Source: a virus. Taken from it: a stretch of DNA of 64,000 nt. The notes beneath the pieces were generated by a model, which searched no databases, was not told where the DNA came from, and saw only the letters and a program-made list of their open reading frames with translations. The stretch spans positions 25,306 to 89,305 of IMG/VR virus record IMGVR_UViG_3300025645_000048; one strand, given 5' to 3'. Below are positions 1 through 10,483 of this stretch, in pieces; position 1 is the stretch's first letter, and every line of letters begins with the position of its first letter. The position numbers and the translations under genes were made by a program.

Positions 1-2
1 CT

Positions 3-530
3 AAAGAACTTGCTGCAATAAAACGAAGAGTGCTTAAAGGTAAAAATATTACATCATACTCTTCATTACCATCTATAGGAATGGAAGACGGTAAGTTAAA
101 GAACAATAGCAAGAGTGTTATTGGATTTGGGGATGATGGTAAGACTATGAAAACAGGAACTGAACTTATTGAACAAGATATAGGCGCTAGAATTAGTTGG
201 TCAAGTGATGAAACTTTAACTAATGGTATGGACAAAGTCTTAAAACTATACTTACCAAAATCATTACGAGCTGGTGCCAGAGCAACATTTGTAGACAACC
301 CAGATGGTGATGATTTAATTATAGAATATTATGATGCAAAAGGTCAACTGCAAACAATAGGAAAAGAAGTTAATACTGGAAATTTCTTTGTGGGTGGTGC
401 GCTAAAAGCAGCAGAAATAAATGATATTTTATATGATGCCTCTTTAGATATACTGAATCAAGAAAATGACAGAAGAAGAACAAGAAACAAAAGAGGAGTA
501 TCTAAAGAAGTAATAAAGTTCAATGGATAA
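3..530 (+). CDS. 5'-truncated hypothetical (probable virion/ejection) protein
   Basis: Frame is open from base 3, so the GTG at 30 is probably not the true start; overlaps the start of the giant gene. Confidence 0.7.
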   Translation, partial: KELAAIKRRVLKGKNITSYSSLPSIGMEDGKLKNNSKSVIGFGDDGKTMKTGTELIEQDIGARISWSSDETLTNGMDKVLKLYLPKSLRAGARATFVDNPDGDDLIIEYYDAKGQLQTIGKEVNTGNFFVGGALKAAEINDILYDASLDILNQENDRRRTRNKRGVSKEVIKFNG

Positions 531-3500
531 GTTTAAAGAACTATATCAATACCTCGTTGATAACGAGATGACTGACTTATCTGAAGAAGATTTTAAGGTT
601 AAATATGCTCAAGGAACAGATAATAACTCTATACTATTTACCTACCTTCAAGACAATGAATTAACTGATTTAGACCAACAAACATTTAATTCTAAATACT
701 TTCCACAACAAACACAAGTAGATGTTGATGTTGTTACTGATGAAGTAACAGATGTAAAAGATGGTCAAGAGGTTGATTCATCTACAATGGTAGAAGAAAC
801 TGTTGCTTATGATCCTAGAGAACAAGGTATGGATGACACAATATCCTACAACAACAATGCTACTGTTTTTGAAAAATCACTAGCATATGTTACTCCAGAT
901 TTAATTGATAGGGAAGAAGAAGAGGTGGTTAACAGAATGAATTATCATTTTGGCGACTATGGTTTTACTTTTGAAGAAGGGGGAGGTATGATGTCTGGCA
1001 TGGATGGAATGAGTGTTCGTGCAGAAAATGGTCAAACCATAAATGTAAACCTCGATCCAATATTTGGAGATTTATTCGGTGGTGAAACTCAAGAATCTAA
1101 CAAGTTACAGGATTTTTTAAAAAAGAATAAAAAAACTAACCCAGAGCTAGAGGCTTTTAATGCTGAGAATAATCGTAAAAGAAAAAAATACTTTAGCAAG
1201 AAGGCAGTTGATGAGGATTTAGATGATTTAAAAACTAAAGCTACTTCTATAAATAAACGAGCACAAGTTTATCAAACTGAAAAAACCAAGCATGAAGAGG
1301 CTATGGATGGTTTAATGATGGTGCCTTCACAAGAAAGAGGTGCTGAGTGGCAGTTAAAATACCAACAACAGTTAGCGGTTGGTAAAAGACTAAACGAACT
1401 TAAACAAACAGTATCTAACGAACTCAAGTCATATAGAACTATAGAAAAACAAGTTCATTCTGCTGTAGGAAACTACATGGAAATGAAATTAAATGATGGA
1501 AGTGGTCCTGGAACATTTTTAAAAGGTTTTTATAATAGTGTGGTGGGAAGAGGTATTTCTCAAATTTTTGCATATGGTGCTGATTTAGGAATAGACGGAT
1601 TATATGGTATAGGTCAAGCTATAAATGAGGATTTTTCTTTACGAAGTCTATCAGGTGTGACTGAAGAAGAGAAAAAAGAAAGGTATATAACTATTGCAAA
1701 AGATTTAGGTTATGATGTTCCTACTGATGTAATGGATAGTGATGAGTCTTATCAAAACTGGTTGAACAGCCTCAGTGAAGAAGATGAGATGGCACTAGAT
1801 GGTGATACTGATTTATTTACTTCACAATTAAATAAAGAAGGAAGAAAGGCATTAAAAGACTCTGGAAAAGAATTAAAAAACATTAATGGTAAGTTACAAT
1901 TATATAATCCTAAAGGTGGAATTTTAGGTAAAGGTGGGTATGAGGATGTTCCTGCAGACTATTTAGACAAAACCAAAAGAGACAAACTAGATAGATTAGT
2001 TTTGGATGCAGAAGTTAAGTCGGCAAAAAAACCTACTAAAGAGTTTATTAAAAAGAACTGGAATCAATTATTGTCTTTTGATGATGTTTCTGATGAAAAA
2101 ATTGCTGAAATGCGAGAAGACAGTATTATAGCCGAGGGTTTATTAGGCTTAGGTGAGTCATTACCGGCTATAGGGTTGTCATTAGCTTCAAGAGGTAAAA
2201 TAAAAGCAACTGGACAATTTGCTAATGTAAGAAACATAGCTGGAAGAATACTAGGGTTAGACTCTAAAGGTGGGGTAGCCCAAGTGTTAGCTTTTTCAGC
2301 TTTACAAGCTGAGGCAATGCAAGAGGAAATGGATGCTGATGAAGATTTTAAATATGTTACAGAAGGAGAAAGAAAATTAATTTTAGGCCCTACAGCATTA
2401 ACAGTAGCAGTATTAGAAAGATATGGTCTAAGAAATTTATTGCGTAATAAAACTATAATGACTGGTTTAATGAATCAAGTTACTAAGACTTTACCTCAAG
2501 GTGCATCTGCCGCACTATATAAATCTACATTAGAAAAAATAGTTAAAAGTAATATTGCCAAAGGAATATACACTAATAAAGGAGTAAAGTTTAGTACTTC
2601 TGTAGCAAAAGCAGCCTTAGCTGAAGCAGAAACAGGAGGCTTACAACAGATAGCAGAAATGGGCTACAAGGATATATGGAATGATATGAACGAAAAAGAC
2701 ATGTTCGATCAACCAGAAATGTGGTCTAAAGAGTTTTGGCAAGAAGCTAAACATGCTGCAATGGCCGAAGCAGTAGGTGGGTTTGTTATGGGTATACCAG
2801 GGGGTATAGTAAATGCCTATAAGGTTGGTGAAACTGATAATATATCTGATGCAACATTAGAGTTGTTTGATGCAATAAGAGGTGATAATATTACCATGAA
2901 AGCATACAAAGAACAATTAAATCTTCAAGTGGCTGATGGTACAAAAACACAAAAACAAGCTAATGAAGAGTTATTGCAATTTGAAACTTTATCTGGTGCG
3001 GCAAACACTATACCAGTTGATTTAGATATAACTGCTAGAAAAAAAGCATTAGGATTAATTTTTGAAAGACAAGGTCTTGAAGCAGAAATGGAAGGGATGG
3101 ATAAAGACCTAGGTTCTTACAAGAAAAAAGAAGCTAGAGTTGAAGAAATTAAAAATGAATTATCACAAATTGGAAGTGAACAAGCTGATGATTCTGCATC
3201 GCTAGAAAAGGAAAGTGAAAATATCCCTACATTTGTTTCTGAAGAAAAAATTACTAGAGAGGAATTAAATGAGCCTGATACTTTTACTCACAGAACAATG
3301 AGTAAAGATGCAATTACTAGTTGGGCTGATGGAGGTCAAGTGATTGGGAAAAAAGAAGATTTAGGAGATTTTGACTCTAGAGTACCCAATAACCCATTAG
3401 AAGCGGCATCAAAAAAAGAAGGCTTCAATAGGCAGTCTCCTAATTTCCAAAAAGGTGGTGTTTATTCTGGAAAATTAAAACCTGGAGAGTTTGTTGTTGT

Positions 3501-6500
3501 TGCTAAAGGAGAAAATAAATTTATACCTAGTGCAAGTTTTCAAAACAGAAAAACTTTTGAAAAAAGTGGTGGAATTTCAACTTTAAAACCAGATTCAAGA
3601 GATTTATCTAATTTTAATTTATATAAAGTAAATGAAAAAGGAGAGTTAGTAAAACAAAATTGGAACAATTATAAAACAAGTAAAAATGCCATTCAAAAGT
3701 CAAAAACAACGAGCATGGATGTACGCCAATCTTCCGGAGATGGCAAAACGATGGGAAAAGGAAACAAAGGGACCACTACCCAACAGAGCACCCAAGAAAA
3801 CCAAGATGCGTCTCAAACGAAATCGGAAGAGAAAGTAACTAAAGAAGAGCAAGAAGATATTGACGCCTTTTTTGGTCAAGAGGTTGGGTTAGAGGTTGAA
3901 TCTATTTCTGACAACTTATCTATAAACCGTCAACAAAAAGATGGTAGTAAGGTTAAAGACACTAAATTAAGCACACAAATCATAAGAAGAGCCAAGTTAG
4001 CTGCAAAAGCTATAAAAAAAATTGCTCCAAATGTAAAAATGGTGCTACACCAAACAACAGAAGAGTTTGAAAAGTTTGCACCTAAAGGAAATGGATATTA
4101 TAATCCAAACACTAAAGTAATTCATATAAACTTAGCAACTGCAAAAAATAAAACTGTAGCTCATGAGGTATTTCATGCAGTGTTTTTAGAAAAAATTGCC
4201 GGCGGTGACAAAGGTGCAATAGCAGCAGCCGACAGATTAATTAAATCTGTAAGAAAAAGTTTGCCTAATGATTCTATGTTAGCAAAACGAATGGATGCAT
4301 TTGCTAATAAATATAAAGACAGTGCGTTCCAAAATGAGGAAAGAGTAGCTGAGTTGTTTTCTTTAATGGCTACAGAGTACAAATCTTTAACTAAACCTGC
4401 TAAAAACAGAGTAGTTGAGTTTATTAAAAGTGTAGCAAAAAAATTAGGTATAAAAATTTCTAATGATTTTACAAGTTCTGATGAAGCTGTTATTGATTTT
4501 TTAAATACATTTTCTAAAAAAGTACAGTCTGGTGAAGAAGTAGTTGAGTCTGACTTAACTGCATTAGATGAAATAAATGAGCAACTAGCTCAAGATGGTA
4601 CTGCACCAATTGGTAATCCAACTGAAATAAATAAACCTCAAGAGGGGAGGCAGTCTAAAATAAAGTTTAATGATAGTTATCCTTTATCCTTAGTTACTCC
4701 AGAAAATAAAATAGATATAAATAGTCTTATTGATAATATTTCTAACAAAAAACAAAAAGTTTGGTTTTGGGTTGCAGATCAGTTAGGGCTAGGTAATGTA
4801 GATGGAATTGAAATGGATGCTGGACCAAGTTTTTCTTTACAACCAGAAAACTTAAAGAAAAAAACTATATGGGCAAGTGGTTTAGATAATTCAAAATTAA
4901 GCAAAAACATAGATGCAGCCGATTATATTTTTATTATAAGTGGATCACCTGAAACTAGTAAATTGTTTAATAAAAAAGTATTTGATAGATATATTAAAGA
5001 TTTAGGTGATTATGCAAAATTTAAAAAAGATGCATTAGCAACTAATCCAACAAAAGCAATAAGAGATAGTCTTGAAGAATTTGATAGTTGGTCGGCAATG
5101 AGAAAAAGTCCAAAAAGAAAAAACTTCTTAATAGCTCTAAACGAACAAAGCAGAAAGCCTAACACTAAATTTCATGCATTAATTAATAATTTAGGAGGAT
5201 TTGTAAGTGCTCAATCTTTAAGAGATGGGTTTTACAGAGATAATAATTTTGCTCAAAATGATATAATGATGGTGTTAAAGCCAACAGGATTAGGAGGTAA
5301 ATCAAATCATTCTACTTATTCTACAGACATCTTAGGGGATGTTGTGGGAGTTCCAGATGCAAAAATAAATGCTAGAGAAATAGTTCCAGAAAATATAAAA
5401 AAGAAAATAGAGGGAACAAATATTTCAGTGCAAACTTCTAGTATAGCTCCTTATGGCGGTTCTACTCAAACAGCAGTAAAAACCATCACTAAACCTCAAG
5501 AGGGGAGGCAACAAAGAGATACACTCGCTGAGATAAATGTGTTTTATAATATGAATAACAGTGGCTTTTTTAGTCCACAAGTCGATACATATAGATTACA
5601 AAAAGAATTAGATGCTTTAAACCAAGGTTATAAACTAAGACAGGCACCATACAATCAGTATGGTCAAGGTGGTGGATACTCTATATATGACTCTAGAGGT
5701 AAAAGAGTAAGACCACCTAAAGACAGTGAGTATAGACAGGGTAGGCAACAGAAGATGGATAAAGAAAACGACCTTCTAAAAATTATTGTTATAGGTAGGG
5801 AACAAGGTGGATTTAAAGATGGTGCTATTAAAGATTATTTAAAAAGAAGAAAAAAAGAAGTAAATGGCAAGTTAGTTCCTGCATATTCTGCAGCAGAAAT
5901 AAACAATGCTATGGAGGTGGTTGAAGGATACAATGAAGATAAATATTTATTTAAATCATTTCCTAAAAGTTTTAACAACATAGAGGGAGGTTTTTTAGCT
6001 GGTCTAAAATTGTTAAAAAAGGTAAATGCATACTACAAAAGACTTGTAACAAATAACGAAAAAAAGAAATCTGTAGCTGTTAAAGGCACACCATTAACTG
6101 AAGAACAGATAAGAGAAAAAGTAATAGAGTATTTTGTTAATTTAAAAGAATATCAAAATGAAGGTGCTCAAGGTAATAGGTTGACTGCACAACAAATGGC
6201 TATGGAAAAAGATTTGTTAGAATTACTTTTACCCGATCCATTAAAAGCTAACCCACAAAGAATTAGAGCTATAAACAAAAGAATTAGAGAAATAAAGTTT
6301 GATGAAAAGAATTTAAAAAAGGTACAAATAGCATTAAGAAATTATATAAGATCGGTTCTTCCAAGAGATTTATATACTCCAGGTGAAATTGATAACTTAA
6401 TTAATAAAGTAAATAGAATTAATAAAGAAAATTTTGACTCTGTTAAAAATGAGGTGTTTAAAATTGTCACTACTAAAACAAATAAATCTTTACAGGAATC

Positions 6501-9500
6501 TATATTTGATATATTGAACAAGAAGTATCAAACAATTCAGTCTGGTAGACTAAAAGGAGTAACAGTTGACAACGAAACTAGAAAAAAAATAGAAAGAATT
6601 AATGCAATGGTAGTAAACCCTAAAGCTACCGCTGATGAGATTATGAAAGCTAATGAAAAGCTTTTAAAAGAATACAACAAAATAACTCAAGAAGAGGTTG
6701 ATATAGATAAATCTTTTGTGTTTTCTAAAAACACAAGTGAAAAAAGGACACAAGTTAAAAGCAGTTTAGATGAAGATGCATTGAGTAGATTGGCAGAAAT
6801 TACTACAGCTATGCAAATAAACAATTCATTTTTAGCAGAAATGAACGATCCAAATAAAACCACTTTATTGTCTAATGTATTAAATTCTCTAAATCAAATG
6901 CAAGAGACTGGTAGAGCAAACTTAGAATATGTTCTTCTTAATGATGCAATTACTTACAGAGAAAATGAAAGGAAAGTTTTTAGAGAGATGACTGGCATAA
7001 ATTTAGATGCAAAACAATCTTTAATAGACCAAGGAGTTTCTGAAAATGAAATAACAGAGGGAATGATTAATGTAGAGTTTAATAGACTTAAGCAAGATGT
7101 ATCAATCGACGCTAAAAGAAAGGGTGGATTAAGACCTCCTACAGTCAGAAAAAGATTTCAAAACATAATTAATAAAATGTTAAACAGTTTTGATCGTAAT
7201 GTATTTGCATCAGCTGAAGATTTAACAGGCTTAATAGATAGAATTGTAACTCAACCAGGTGAATTATTTGAAGGTGACACACAGACGATTGTACAAAAAG
7301 CAGTAAGAGAAGCTACTAGAATGTACAAGGCTAGGATGATGGGACAGAAGGATATTTTTGAAAATAAAATGACTGAATTGTTTGGCAAAAGATGGTTAAA
7401 AAACAACGCTAAAAACTCTCAACAGACTGAGATTATAATAATTAGTCAAGCTAAAAATGACCAACTAGTAAAAGAAAAGGAAAAGGTATTGGCTGATAAA
7501 TCTTTAACAAGTGGTGAAAAAACAGCAAAAGTAAAAGGATTAGATGAGGCAATAGATACTAATACTATTTATATAAGTCAAAATCAGTTGATGTATTACT
7601 ACTCTCAAATGCAAGATCCTTCGCTTCAAGAAAGTTTTATAAATACTTTTGCACCTACTGGTAATTATAAAAATGAATTTGAGTCTAGAATAAGAAAAGA
7701 GTTAGAGGATAAGTTAGATCCTAGATTAAAAGAATTTTCTAGTTGGATGATAAATGACTACTACCCATCTTTATATAATCACTACAACGAAACATATAAA
7801 CAGATTTACCGAACAGACATGCCTTGGAATCAATTTTATGCAGGTAGAGTTTATAGAAAAAATGCCAATGATTCTGAAGGTTTAGATTTATTAGCTGACA
7901 GTAATAATTCTTGGATGACAAATGTAGGTGCTGCAAGTTCTAAAGTTAGATTACAGAACTCTAATCCAATCTCAATGGTTGATGGTATGGATGCTCTAAT
8001 TAATTATACTAAAGATATGGAGTACTTTGCTGCTTATGCAGTTCCAGTAAGAAATATTAATAAAATATTTACATCTCCTGCTATTAAAGAAACAATTCAA
8101 GAAAAGTATGGTAAAGATGTGTGGCAATATATTAATGATTCGATAGAAAAAATTGCAAACAAGGGTGTGCAGAATCAAGGTGAAACTAAGGTTATAAATT
8201 TATTTAACAATACATTTTTATTATCTCGCCTTGGATTAAACCCAACTCTTACTTTAAAACAGTTGACTTCATTTGTAACCTATGGAAATGAAATAGGTTA
8301 TATGAACTGGGTAAAAAACAGTGCAATAAGTTTAGCGAGTATAAAAACAAACTTCAGAGAAGTTATGGACAACTCTATAATTTTACAAGATAGATATGGT
8401 AAACCTATAACTAGAGCTGTAGAAAATTATTCTGACAGTAAATTTGAAGAACTTAATGCTAGAGATTTTTCTAATTTTGGTTTAGGTAAACAAAATTTAG
8501 ATAAAATATCAAAAGTATTAATGTTTACAACTATGACTGGTGATAAGGGTGCAATCTTAATTGGTGGTATACCTAACTATGTGTATTATAAAAACCAGTA
8601 TAAAAAGAAAAACCCTAATGCATCTAAACAAGAAGTAATTGATTATGCAATAAGAAAGTTTGAACAAGATACATTAAGAACTCAACAGTCTTATGACCTA
8701 CAAGACAAAGACTACTTTCAAAGCAAAGGCTCTATGGTTAGAGCATTCAATATGTTCTTGACTACACCAAAACAATACTTTAGAAAAGAAATTATTGCAA
8801 TGAGAAACATATATAGACTCGCATCGAGTGGAGGGTTTCTGTCTGCAAAAAACGCTAAATCAGGTAGAGGAACAATGTTCCAAAATTTACGAACACTAGG
8901 TGTTTATCATGTGGTTATGCCGGTATTCTTTCAATGGGTATCTTCTGGTTTTCCTGGATTAGCAAGAGGCTGGGATGATGAAGACACTGATGACATTGCT
9001 TTTGCAGCTATGCTTGGTAATTTAAATGCATTGTTTATATATGGTAAAATAGCTGAGACAATAGTAGATGCTGCTGCGGGTAAGCCATGGGTAAGCAAAC
9101 CATCAACAATTCCAGTATTAGGGCAAATAGCTTTACTGGGTGATTTATATGTGAGAATGAATAATGCTACATCCCCTGAAAAACAAAAAGAACACTTTAA
9201 TAAATTAATGGCTGAGTTAGTGGCTACTACTGGTATACCAGCTCCACAGCTAAAAAGGTTTTATGAAAATTGGAGTCAATTAGATAAAAGTAAAAGTTTT
9301 GGAGACTTTGTTTTAAAACTATTTAACTTCTCTCAATATGCTCAAAAGAAAAAGAAAAAAGGTGGAGGATTGACTAAAGCAGAACAGAAAAAATATTTTC
9401 CAGATTTATTTCCAGATGATTTAGAAGGAACAAATGAGGCAAGTGAAATAAAAAAAGAACAAAGAAGATTAAGACAAGAACTTTTAGATGATATGTTTTA

Positions 9501-9501
9501 A
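523..9501 (+). CDS. Giant 2992-aa polyvalent/DNA-ejection-type protein with zincin metallopeptidase motif
   Basis: VAHEVFH (HExxH) at 4162-4176 followed by EERVAE; helical, modular, GRQ-type linkers; last gene of a + strand block. Confidence 0.75.
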   Translation: MDKFKELYQYLVDNEMTDLSEEDFKVKYAQGTDNNSILFTYLQDNELTDLDQQTFNSKYFPQQTQVDVDVVTDEVTDVKDGQEVDSSTMVEETVAYDPREQGMDDTISYNNNATVFEKSLAYVTPDLIDREEEEVVNRMNYHFGDYGFTFEEGGGMMSGMDGMSVRAENGQTINVNLDPIFGDLFGGETQESNKLQDFLKKNKKTNPELEAFNAENNRKRKKYFSKKAVDEDLDDLKTKATSINKRAQVYQTEKTKHEEAMDGLMMVPSQERGAEWQLKYQQQLAVGKRLNELKQTVSNELKSYRTIEKQVHSAVGNYMEMKLNDGSGPGTFLKGFYNSVVGRGISQIFAYGADLGIDGLYGIGQAINEDFSLRSLSGVTEEEKKERYITIAKDLGYDVPTDVMDSDESYQNWLNSLSEEDEMALDGDTDLFTSQLNKEGRKALKDSGKELKNINGKLQLYNPKGGILGKGGYEDVPADYLDKTKRDKLDRLVLDAEVKSAKKPTKEFIKKNWNQLLSFDDVSDEKIAEMREDSIIAEGLLGLGESLPAIGLSLASRGKIKATGQFANVRNIAGRILGLDSKGGVAQVLAFSALQAEAMQEEMDADEDFKYVTEGERKLILGPTALTVAVLERYGLRNLLRNKTIMTGLMNQVTKTLPQGASAALYKSTLEKIVKSNIAKGIYTNKGVKFSTSVAKAALAEAETGGLQQIAEMGYKDIWNDMNEKDMFDQPEMWSKEFWQEAKHAAMAEAVGGFVMGIPGGIVNAYKVGETDNISDATLELFDAIRGDNITMKAYKEQLNLQVADGTKTQKQANEELLQFETLSGAANTIPVDLDITARKKALGLIFERQGLEAEMEGMDKDLGSYKKKEARVEEIKNELSQIGSEQADDSASLEKESENIPTFVSEEKITREELNEPDTFTHRTMSKDAITSWADGGQVIGKKEDLGDFDSRVPNNPLEAASKKEGFNRQSPNFQKGGVYSGKLKPGEFVVVAKGENKFIPSASFQNRKTFEKSGGISTLKPDSRDLSNFNLYKVNEKGELVKQNWNNYKTSKNAIQKSKTTSMDVRQSSGDGKTMGKGNKGTTTQQSTQENQDASQTKSEEKVTKEEQEDIDAFFGQEVGLEVESISDNLSINRQQKDGSKVKDTKLSTQIIRRAKLAAKAIKKIAPNVKMVLHQTTEEFEKFAPKGNGYYNPNTKVIHINLATAKNKTVAHEVFHAVFLEKIAGGDKGAIAAADRLIKSVRKSLPNDSMLAKRMDAFANKYKDSAFQNEERVAELFSLMATEYKSLTKPAKNRVVEFIKSVAKKLGIKISNDFTSSDEAVIDFLNTFSKKVQSGEEVVESDLTALDEINEQLAQDGTAPIGNPTEINKPQEGRQSKIKFNDSYPLSLVTPENKIDINSLIDNISNKKQKVWFWVADQLGLGNVDGIEMDAGPSFSLQPENLKKKTIWASGLDNSKLSKNIDAADYIFIISGSPETSKLFNKKVFDRYIKDLGDYAKFKKDALATNPTKAIRDSLEEFDSWSAMRKSPKRKNFLIALNEQSRKPNTKFHALINNLGGFVSAQSLRDGFYRDNNFAQNDIMMVLKPTGLGGKSNHSTYSTDILGDVVGVPDAKINAREIVPENIKKKIEGTNISVQTSSIAPYGGSTQTAVKTITKPQEGRQQRDTLAEINVFYNMNNSGFFSPQVDTYRLQKELDALNQGYKLRQAPYNQYGQGGGYSIYDSRGKRVRPPKDSEYRQGRQQKMDKENDLLKIIVIGREQGGFKDGAIKDYLKRRKKEVNGKLVPAYSAAEINNAMEVVEGYNEDKYLFKSFPKSFNNIEGGFLAGLKLLKKVNAYYKRLVTNNEKKKSVAVKGTPLTEEQIREKVIEYFVNLKEYQNEGAQGNRLTAQQMAMEKDLLELLLPDPLKANPQRIRAINKRIREIKFDEKNLKKVQIALRNYIRSVLPRDLYTPGEIDNLINKVNRINKENFDSVKNEVFKIVTTKTNKSLQESIFDILNKKYQTIQSGRLKGVTVDNETRKKIERINAMVVNPKATADEIMKANEKLLKEYNKITQEEVDIDKSFVFSKNTSEKRTQVKSSLDEDALSRLAEITTAMQINNSFLAEMNDPNKTTLLSNVLNSLNQMQETGRANLEYVLLNDAITYRENERKVFREMTGINLDAKQSLIDQGVSENEITEGMINVEFNRLKQDVSIDAKRKGGLRPPTVRKRFQNIINKMLNSFDRNVFASAEDLTGLIDRIVTQPGELFEGDTQTIVQKAVREATRMYKARMMGQKDIFENKMTELFGKRWLKNNAKNSQQTEIIIISQAKNDQLVKEKEKVLADKSLTSGEKTAKVKGLDEAIDTNTIYISQNQLMYYYSQMQDPSLQESFINTFAPTGNYKNEFESRIRKELEDKLDPRLKEFSSWMINDYYPSLYNHYNETYKQIYRTDMPWNQFYAGRVYRKNANDSEGLDLLADSNNSWMTNVGAASSKVRLQNSNPISMVDGMDALINYTKDMEYFAAYAVPVRNINKIFTSPAIKETIQEKYGKDVWQYINDSIEKIANKGVQNQGETKVINLFNNTFLLSRLGLNPTLTLKQLTSFVTYGNEIGYMNWVKNSAISLASIKTNFREVMDNSIILQDRYGKPITRAVENYSDSKFEELNARDFSNFGLGKQNLDKISKVLMFTTMTGDKGAILIGGIPNYVYYKNQYKKKNPNASKQEVIDYAIRKFEQDTLRTQQSYDLQDKDYFQSKGSMVRAFNMFLTTPKQYFRKEIIAMRNIYRLASSGGFLSAKNAKSGRGTMFQNLRTLGVYHVVMPVFFQWVSSGFPGLARGWDDEDTDDIAFAAMLGNLNALFIYGKIAETIVDAAAGKPWVSKPSTIPVLGQIALLGDLYVRMNNATSPEKQKEHFNKLMAELVATTGIPAPQLKRFYENWSQLDKSKSFGDFVLKLFNFSQYAQKKKKKGGGLTKAEQKKYFPDLFPDDLEGTNEASEIKKEQRRLRQELLDDMF
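3686..3838 (+). CDS. Overprinted 50-aa basic protein (MPFKSQKQRAWMYANLPEMAKRWEKET...) in +1 frame of the giant gene
   Basis: A-rich leader, ATG...TAA; resembles a small phage protein family beginning MPFKS..QR.(W/F)M.A..P..AKRW. Confidence 0.7.
   Translation: MPFKSQKQRAWMYANLPEMAKRWEKETKGPLPNRAPKKTKMRLKRNRKRK
4632..5510 (+). repeat. Perfect 21-bp direct repeat TAAACCTCAAGAGGGGAGGCA (4632-4652, 5490-5510)
   Basis: Read directly; 858 bp apart (286 codons); encodes KPQEGRQ. Confidence 0.95.
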
Positions 9502-9693
9502 TTAAACTTCATCAGACAATGACTGAATTAAATCAGCCATAAGTTTACAAACTTTTTGCGCCTTGGCTTTTGCTTCGTTGTGATCTCTCTCCATTAAGTC
9601 TTCATATAATTCGGTGATGAGGTTGTGTGAGTTGTTTGTCACAAAGTTAATATGCTTAATCGCACTCACATCGTCTTGAGATATACCGTTCAT
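9502..9693 (-). CDS. Hypothetical protein
   Basis: 63-aa ORF tail-to-tail with the giant gene; TATATTTG promoter-like motif upstream on minus strand (9714-9721). Confidence 0.7.
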   Translation of the reverse strand: MNGISQDDVSAIKHINFVTNNSHNLITELYEDLMERDHNEAKAKAQKVCKLMADLIQSLSDEV

Positions 9694-9739
9694 TTTTTTT
9701 TACCCATCTATACCAAATATAAAAAAATTTTAGTAAGAT

Positions 9740-9955
9740 TCAAATGTCAGTACCTAATTCTTGGTTTATTTTAGCGATATGAATTTCTAGTCTACTAATC
9801 TCTTTAAGCAATCCTAACATGTTATGTGCAGATATAGGGATGCGTCCACCATTAGGATTATAGGTCCCAGGATAACAACAATTAATAATTAAAAATTGAT
9901 ATAAATTTCTTTTATATGATTTGAAATATTCTAAATCTTCGACTTTGTATATCAT
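9740..9955 (-). CDS. Hypothetical protein
   Basis: Overlap-coupled with upstream ORF. Confidence 0.6.
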   Translation of the reverse strand: MIYKVEDLEYFKSYKRNLYQFLIINCCYPGTYNPNGGRIPISAHNMLGLLKEISRLEIHIAKINQELGTDI

Positions 9956-10275
9956 TTTCTAGGTTTTATGTATGAATTTAAACATATCAAATCTAAATAT
10001 TCATTCATATTTATTAATGATAAGTCTGTAAGTGTTAAATACTCTCCATGTGTTTTCATCACTTCAACAGCAAAAGTAATAGGTTCATTATAATAATGTA
10101 CTACACCACCTAACACATAAGTAGTAAAATTATTAGGAGAAATATCTCTTAGATTATCTTGTATAAACAAAGCTATTTTTATAGCGATAGGTTCTTCTAT
10201 CTCTTCTAGTGAGGTTACAAAGTTATCTTCTACTTCATAGCCTCTATCCTTTATGTACCTCGGTTCTAAATCCAT
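9952..10275 (-). CDS. Hypothetical protein
   Basis: 107-aa ORF in operon. Confidence 0.65.
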   Translation of the reverse strand: MDLEPRYIKDRGYEVEDNFVTSLEEIEEPIAIKIALFIQDNLRDISPNNFTTYVLGGVVHYYNEPITFAVEVMKTHGEYLTLTDLSLINMNEYLDLICLNSYIKPRK

Positions 10276-10483
10276 ATTCTTCTAATTCTTTTAATCTATA
10301 CTTCTGTAAAACTGACACCTTACCTTTCGGAGTTTTAACTTCCGAAAACAATACTTCACAGTTCGGAGGTATTGCAAGTAAATCAGGTATCCCATTTTTA
10401 TTAGTCTTAATTAATTTAAGCACATAATATCCTTCAGCCTCTAGTTCTTTTATTCTTTTGCTTTGTATTTGTTGCTCTGTCAT
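10244..10483 (-). CDS. VRR-NUC domain nuclease
   Basis: E..IQ, GIPDLL, EVKTPKGKVS..Q motifs; near SNF2-type helicase. Confidence 0.85.
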   Translation of the reverse strand: MTEQQIQSKRIKELEAEGYYVLKLIKTNKNGIPDLLAIPPNCEVLFSEVKTPKGKVSVLQKYRLKELEEYGFRTEVHKG

